A stretch of 28,409 nt of DNA from Bacteroidia bacterium (GTDB taxonomy: Bacteria > Bacteroidota > Bacteroidia > Bacteroidales > VadinHA17), in assembly GCA_026391215.1 (NCBI GenBank), contig JAPLDX010000109.1, positions 1 to 28,409 of the forward strand, read 5' to 3'. The notes under the pieces are model-generated. The model was not told the DNA's origin. It worked only from the letters and a program-made list of their open reading frames with translations, and did not search any database. The position numbers were made by a program, and so were the translations under genes. Below are positions 26,083 through 28,409 of the stretch, piece by piece (the first letter of the stretch is position 1; the number at the start of each line of letters is the position of its first letter).

Positions 26083-27762
26083 ATGGGAACAGTAATAAGC
26101 AATCTAAAAGCAAGGTTCGGAGTCGACACTTCCGACTTTAAGAAAGGTTTGAAGGACGGCGATAAGGCTGTCGATGATTTTAAAGGAGCTGCAGGAGCTA
26201 CCCTCGACGAGTTCGCTTCGATGTTCGGCGTGAACATGGGAGTTGTAACCGATTCGGTAAATACGGCTTTTAAATCTCTTAACTTTTTAGGTCAGTCTCT
26301 TACAGCTGCCAAGTCAAGTAGTGAAAAATTTGCTATCGGACTGAAGGTTCTGAAGTTTGCTCTGGTATCCACAGGTATTGGGGCTATTGTGGTCTTGCTT
26401 GGATCTGTCATTGCTTATTTCCAGAAAAGCGGAGAAGGTGCCGATAAGTTTGCGAAGGTGCTTGCCCAGCTCAAATCGGTTCTCAATAATGTGGTTGAAC
26501 GTTTGGTTGCATTTGGTAAAGGTATCGTCGATTTCTTTTCCGGTAAGTTTAAGCAGGGAGTTGAAGAGATGGGGAAAGCCTTTAAGGGCATGGGCGATGA
26601 GATTAAGGAAGACTGGAAGGCTGCCGGCGCCCTGGCCGACCGTGAAGACGCGCTTGAAGATCGCGAAATTGCCCTTATTAATTCTCTCGAAGAGCGCAGG
26701 CAAAAAGTTTCAGAGCTGCGTTTATTGGCAAGAGAATCCCAGGATGACCGGAAAAAAGAACTTGATCTTATCCATCAGGCTGAAGGTTTAATAAAAAGTG
26801 TTTATGCCGATGAGATAAGTCTTGCGGAGGAAGGCCTTGCAATATTTAAAGAGAAACTTGCCCTGCAGACATCCGATCCTACTGACGAACAGCGGCGCGA
26901 AGTAGCAGAGCTGGAGGCAAAGATTTCAGGATTATACCGCCAGCAGGCCGATGAACTAAGGGCTCTTACAAGAGAAAAGAAAGCAGCAATAGAAGCTTCT
27001 GAAAAAGAATTTGAAGTATTAAAGAAAAAAAACGAATTAGAAAAAATAGATATAAAAATACCTGACTTCAGCCAGGTTGTTTCAAATGCACTTGCCCCGT
27101 TGGGGAAAATACAGGAGGCTGTAAAAAGTATGACAATCGGAATGACAGTGAATATTACCGATGCCGTCAATGCGGCATTTGAAAATATGGCTTTAGGATT
27201 CGGGGAAATTGTAGGGAACCTCGTTATTGGTGATAAAGCTTTAGAAGAAAGTATACATAACGAACGTGAACGTCTCCGCATTATGAAGGAGGAACTTTCA
27301 GATAAATCCGGCAATGCTTTCGCTGAGCAGCTCCTCAAGATTACAGAACAGGAAGCTAAAATAAACGATTTGCTTAATGAGCGGCCGAACATTGGAAAAA
27401 TGATTACGGGTGTATTTGCCGAACTCGCCATAAATGTAGGGAAGATTATTGTTGCAATGGCGATAGCTAAGGCTGGAATTGAACAAGCCCTAGCAATTCC
27501 TGGTATGTGGCCGGTTGCCTTGGCAGCGGGAACTGCCCTGATTGCGTTGGGAACCGCATTAAAGGGATCAATGAGCGCACCAGCCTCGGGTGGCGGTGGC
27601 GCTTATGCGAATTTATCAGGTTCGACACAGAATTACATTTATGATACGCGGGCCGCGGCACAAACCTTCAAGATCTCGGGTTCAGTTGAACTTGTCGCCA
27701 GGGGACCCGATTTAGCTGCTACAATTGACCTTGAAAAACTTCGGAAAGATATCATCACTTAA
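26083..27762 (+). CDS. Phage tail tape-measure-like protein (559 aa)
   Basis: N-terminal 'NLKARFGVDTSDFKKGL', 'LKVLKFALVSTGIGAIVVLLGSVIAYF', central coiled coil, Ala/Gly-rich hydrophobic C-terminus and terminal 'VELVARGPDL'; all resemble tape measure protein features. Confidence 0.75.
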   Translation: MGTVISNLKARFGVDTSDFKKGLKDGDKAVDDFKGAAGATLDEFASMFGVNMGVVTDSVNTAFKSLNFLGQSLTAAKSSSEKFAIGLKVLKFALVSTGIGAIVVLLGSVIAYFQKSGEGADKFAKVLAQLKSVLNNVVERLVAFGKGIVDFFSGKFKQGVEEMGKAFKGMGDEIKEDWKAAGALADREDALEDREIALINSLEERRQKVSELRLLARESQDDRKKELDLIHQAEGLIKSVYADEISLAEEGLAIFKEKLALQTSDPTDEQRREVAELEAKISGLYRQQADELRALTREKKAAIEASEKEFEVLKKKNELEKIDIKIPDFSQVVSNALAPLGKIQEAVKSMTIGMTVNITDAVNAAFENMALGFGEIVGNLVIGDKALEESIHNERERLRIMKEELSDKSGNAFAEQLLKITEQEAKINDLLNERPNIGKMITGVFAELAINVGKIIVAMAIAKAGIEQALAIPGMWPVALAAGTALIALGTALKGSMSAPASGGGGAYANLSGSTQNYIYDTRAAAQTFKISGSVELVARGPDLAATIDLEKLRKDIIT

Positions 27763-27776
27763 ATCATTTGATATTT

Positions 27777-28010
27777 ATGAACAAAGAATTTTTTACCGGG
27801 CTTTTTTCGTTGGCATTAGGATATATTCTGGCACTTGGAGGCATAGCATTTTTTATTGTAGTTCTGTGGAATTTTGTTGTCCCCCGGATTGGAGGTCCCA
27901 GAATCAATATTATCGATGCAATTCTTTTATATGGATTATTCAGGCTTTTCAGCCATAACTGGATAACTACATTCAATCAATATATTCAATCAGTAAAGAA
28001 GAAAGATTAA
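27777..28010 (+). CDS. Small membrane protein (about 77 aa, 2 hydrophobic segments)
   Basis: MNKEFFTGLFSLALGYILALGGIAFFIVVLWNFVVPRIGGPRINIIDAILLYGLFRLF...KKKD; the ATG at 27777 is preferred over the TTG at 27768. Confidence 0.6.
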   Translation: MNKEFFTGLFSLALGYILALGGIAFFIVVLWNFVVPRIGGPRINIIDAILLYGLFRLFSHNWITTFNQYIQSVKKKD

Positions 28011-28151
28011 TCATGAGCCAGGCTGATAACAATATTCAATCCCCTCCCAGCCCAGGATGGATCCGGGTGAAGTTCCTGAAGCTGCTCTGCTTTCCAGAAC
28101 ATTGGAGCAAGAAATTAATGATATAACCACAAAAATAAAGAAGCAATTACT

Positions 28152-28409
28152 ATGAAGAAAATAAAAATTTCTTTTGGTTCGAGAGGGAGCCTGCCCGCAG
28201 ATGCTGAAAAGACCAGGGAAGTATCATTTATACTTTCAACTTATACCAGGGACCGCGCCGGTACAGTACTGAACCAGGCCAACTGGGATCTCAAAAACTT
28301 CAGAAAGAATCCTGTTGTGGGTTACATGCATTCACCGATTGATATACCAATTTCCGGGCCGGATCCTGACTATGTTATTGGCCATGATCTTAACCCACAT
28401 GTTGAAGGC
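28152..28409 (+). CDS. HK97-type phage prohead (head maturation) protease, N-terminal part (runs off the window; missing from the ORF track)
   Basis: MKKIKISFGSRGSLPADAEKTREVSFILSTYTRDRAGTVLNQANWDLKNFRKNPVVGYMHSPID...VIG; 'F..ST...DR.G.V....WDL.NF.KNPVV.Y.H' includes the expected catalytic His region. Confidence 0.8.
   Translation, partial: MKKIKISFGSRGSLPADAEKTREVSFILSTYTRDRAGTVLNQANWDLKNFRKNPVVGYMHSPIDIPISGPDPDYVIGHDLNPHVEG

Larger units (their letters stand above)
22829..28409 (+). mobile_element. Integrative element / candidate phage satellite or cryptic prophage inserted at the mnmE 3' end (right end outside the window)
   Basis: xis-int directly after mnmE, a known integration hotspot; short repeats after the stop codon; HTH_17, tape-measure-like and prohead-protease-like genes follow. 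Confidence 0.85.

Noticed and set aside
26314-27976. Alternative-frame and antisense ORFs over the TMP and small membrane gene (e.g. 26802-27431, 26357-26791)
   Set aside because: Their Ser/Phe-rich composition is what the reverse complement of a Glu/Lys coiled-coil gene produces; no support for coding.
28020-28070. Third-frame peptide FNPLPAQDGSG resembling a portal C-terminal 'NPLP.GD' motif
   Set aside because: Too short and bounded by stops to support a portal pseudogene call without a search.

Overview
Bacteroidota (Bacteroidales-like) chromosomal window, judged from gene content (DUF4295-rpmG-rpmB, sucD-fabG) and repeated TAnnTTTG promoters. Bases 1-15.4 kb are mostly housekeeping: 3' end of a nucleotide-sugar dehydrogenase, TPR protein, gyrA, clpC, rimO, ftsY, DUF4295, rpmG, rpmB, cinA, HD hydrolase, convergent tRNA-Gly(CCC)/tRNA-Thr(CGT) preceded by a palindrome-interrupted tRNA-Gly fragment, M48 peptidase, a candidate ~90-nt structured RNA, fabG and sucD. 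Bases 15.5-21.3 kb hold a membrane-anchored AraC regulator and a putative trans-envelope lipid transport operon (outer-membrane barrel, MMPL/RND pump, LolA-like protein); one of the pump's two Asp-Tyr proton-relay pairs appears co-substituted. After mnmE (22.85 kb) an integrative element begins and runs off the window: Zn-finger/HTH excisionase, tyrosine integrase, unknown ORF, HTH_17 protein, then directly a short tape-measure-like protein, a small membrane protein and a prohead protease. That gene order fits neither a normal prophage nor a typical mobilizable element, so it may be a phage satellite. All calls come from reading motifs by eye; no searches were run.
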